Shown: in pieces, positions 23,223 through 24,000 of the stretch
Layout: the number at the start of each line of letters is the position of its first letter
How positions within the stretch are numbered: position 1 is the stretch's first letter
Origin: an uncultured Oscillospiraceae bacterium
GTDB lineage: Bacteria > Bacillota > Clostridia > Oscillospirales > Ruminococcaceae
Assembly: GCA_964370465.1 (NCBI GenBank)
Contig: CAYJJJ010000004.1
Span: 12,643 to 36,642 of the forward strand
Reading direction: 5' to 3'
DNA: 24,000 nucleotides
Translations under genes and position numbers: made by a program
The notes under the pieces: generated by a model
What the model was told of the DNA's origin: nothing
Seen by the model: the letters and a program-made list of their open reading frames with translations, nothing else
Databases searched by the model: none

Positions 23223-24000
23223 ATGAAAAAATTTTTACTTAAATTTCTCGGTGTGGTAGTAATCATTTTAGCCATATGGGTAATGTTTATAGGGTTTGAT
23301 ACAAGCTATGAAACGCTTAGCATTGTTATAGGAACTATTGTTTTGATATTTGGTTGCGTAGCTTTCATGTTTTCTAGCGACAAAGCGTATAACGATTCGG
23401 TGAGTTCTGTAAAGAAGATGACGAACGTACGAGGGATAAAAGTTGCGGATTTCTACAACGCTTTTAAAAATTGCAACTCGATACTCGGAGCACCTTGGCT
23501 TGGCAAGATAAAGCTTGTCAAAGGGAATTCCTTGATTTTTGGGCCCACTCAAAACGGCGATTTTCTCTATCTACATAAGATGTGGGGGAGCTTTTTTCTC
23601 GCTTATAACCCGATTCCCTCATGGATTGTAGGACCGAAGAATGAGCTTTGGCGACTTAACGGAATAAATAATAACTTTGATTTATTCACTGATGAGGATT
23701 TAGTTTGCTACTCGATGATATCTCAGAGTGCAATTGATGATGTTTTTGCTTCTCTTCAAAAGTTTTGCGAAACAGGGGAGATAATACCGTTTCCAAACGA
23801 AGAAAACTTGGGGAAAGTTTATAGATTTGATGAGAGCTTTAAACTCACAGGACAGAAATTTTACCTCACTGATTTCGACGGTAATCCGTTATATGAAATC
23901 AATAGTACCTATCCGCTAAAAAACTTTTATATGACCGACCTTAAAACCAACACAGAAGTTTTTAAGATAACAAAGAGGCTATTGCACCTTTTAGATCACT
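23223..24000 (+). CDS. Membrane-anchored protein of unknown function, possibly with a LURP-one-related/tubby-like C-terminal domain. 5' part only; the gene continues past the right edge.
   Basis: Absent from the ORF track because it is open at the right edge. Manual translation from the ATG at 23223 gives MKKFLLKFLGVVVIILAIWVMFIGFDTSYETLSIVIGTIVLIFGCVAFMF (two TM helices), then a soluble part ending FKLTGQKFYLTDFDGNPLYEINSTYPLKNFYMTDLKTNTEVFKITKRLLHLLDH. The frame has no stop for 259 codons. The domain guess is weak. Confidence 0.6.
   Translation, partial: MKKFLLKFLGVVVIILAIWVMFIGFDTSYETLSIVIGTIVLIFGCVAFMFSSDKAYNDSVSSVKKMTNVRGIKVADFYNAFKNCNSILGAPWLGKIKLVKGNSLIFGPTQNGDFLYLHKMWGSFFLAYNPIPSWIVGPKNELWRLNGINNNFDLFTDEDLVCYSMISQSAIDDVFASLQKFCETGEIIPFPNEENLGKVYRFDESFKLTGQKFYLTDFDGNPLYEINSTYPLKNFYMTDLKTNTEVFKITKRLLHLLDH

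Noticed and set aside
23012-23552. Minus-strand ORFs 23012-23275 and 23268-23552
   Set aside because: They overlap the prfB 3' end and the better-supported plus-strand membrane-protein ORF. They have no RBS and implausible composition.
1-24000. CRISPR arrays, tRNA/rRNA genes, toxin-antitoxin pairs and known defence-system signatures
   Set aside because: I noticed no regularly spaced direct repeats, no cloverleaf-like or rRNA-like segments, and no nuclease, ATPase or methylase ORFs. The only intergenic regions longer than 150 nt are the regulatory regions already described.

Overview
The window is chromosomal DNA from a low-GC anaerobic Firmicute, most likely Clostridia; the taxon is judged only from gene content and consensus sigma-A promoters. 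Almost all of it is coding. No rRNA, tRNA, CRISPR array, transposase or integrase was seen.

Gene blocks, left to right:
(1) 1-5349, minus strand: a tightly coupled operon glnA (GS type I), ANTAR regulator, dapF, pyrG, dapL. dapL runs off the left edge.
(2) 5350-5685: a divergent control region with two consensus promoters.
(3) 5686-10678, plus strand: asnA, type III glutamine synthetase (glnN), and an ammonium transporter fused in-frame to a PII (GlnK/GlnB) domain.
(4) 10793-13420: an AT-rich 2.5 kb insert bounded by perfect 63-bp direct repeats. It carries an XRE repressor-like gene and a divergent 674-aa zinc-ribbon membrane protein.
(5) 13358-17929, minus strand: Crp/Fnr-like regulator, YjjI-like glycyl-radical enzyme, YjjW-like activase, and a second YjjI-like paralog.
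(6) 18191-24000: housekeeping genes pyrE, rpsF-ssb-rpsR, galU, a Prok-RING/DUF2628-like membrane protein, prfB, and a partial membrane protein.

Most interesting observations:
(a) A hairpin of the form 4-bp stem, AANGGC hexaloop, 4-bp stem occurs three times. Each copy overlaps the 5' arm of a terminator-like hairpin in the leader of glnA, asnA or amtB-glnK. Together with the locally encoded ANTAR protein, whose receiver domain looks degenerate, this suggests an antitermination regulon for nitrogen assimilation.
(b) The direct-repeat-flanked insert duplicated the last 20 codons plus stop of a glycyl-radical enzyme gene.
(c) The duplicated YjjI/YjjW-type radical enzyme cluster has no known function.

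All homology calls come from reading the translations by eye. No database search was run.
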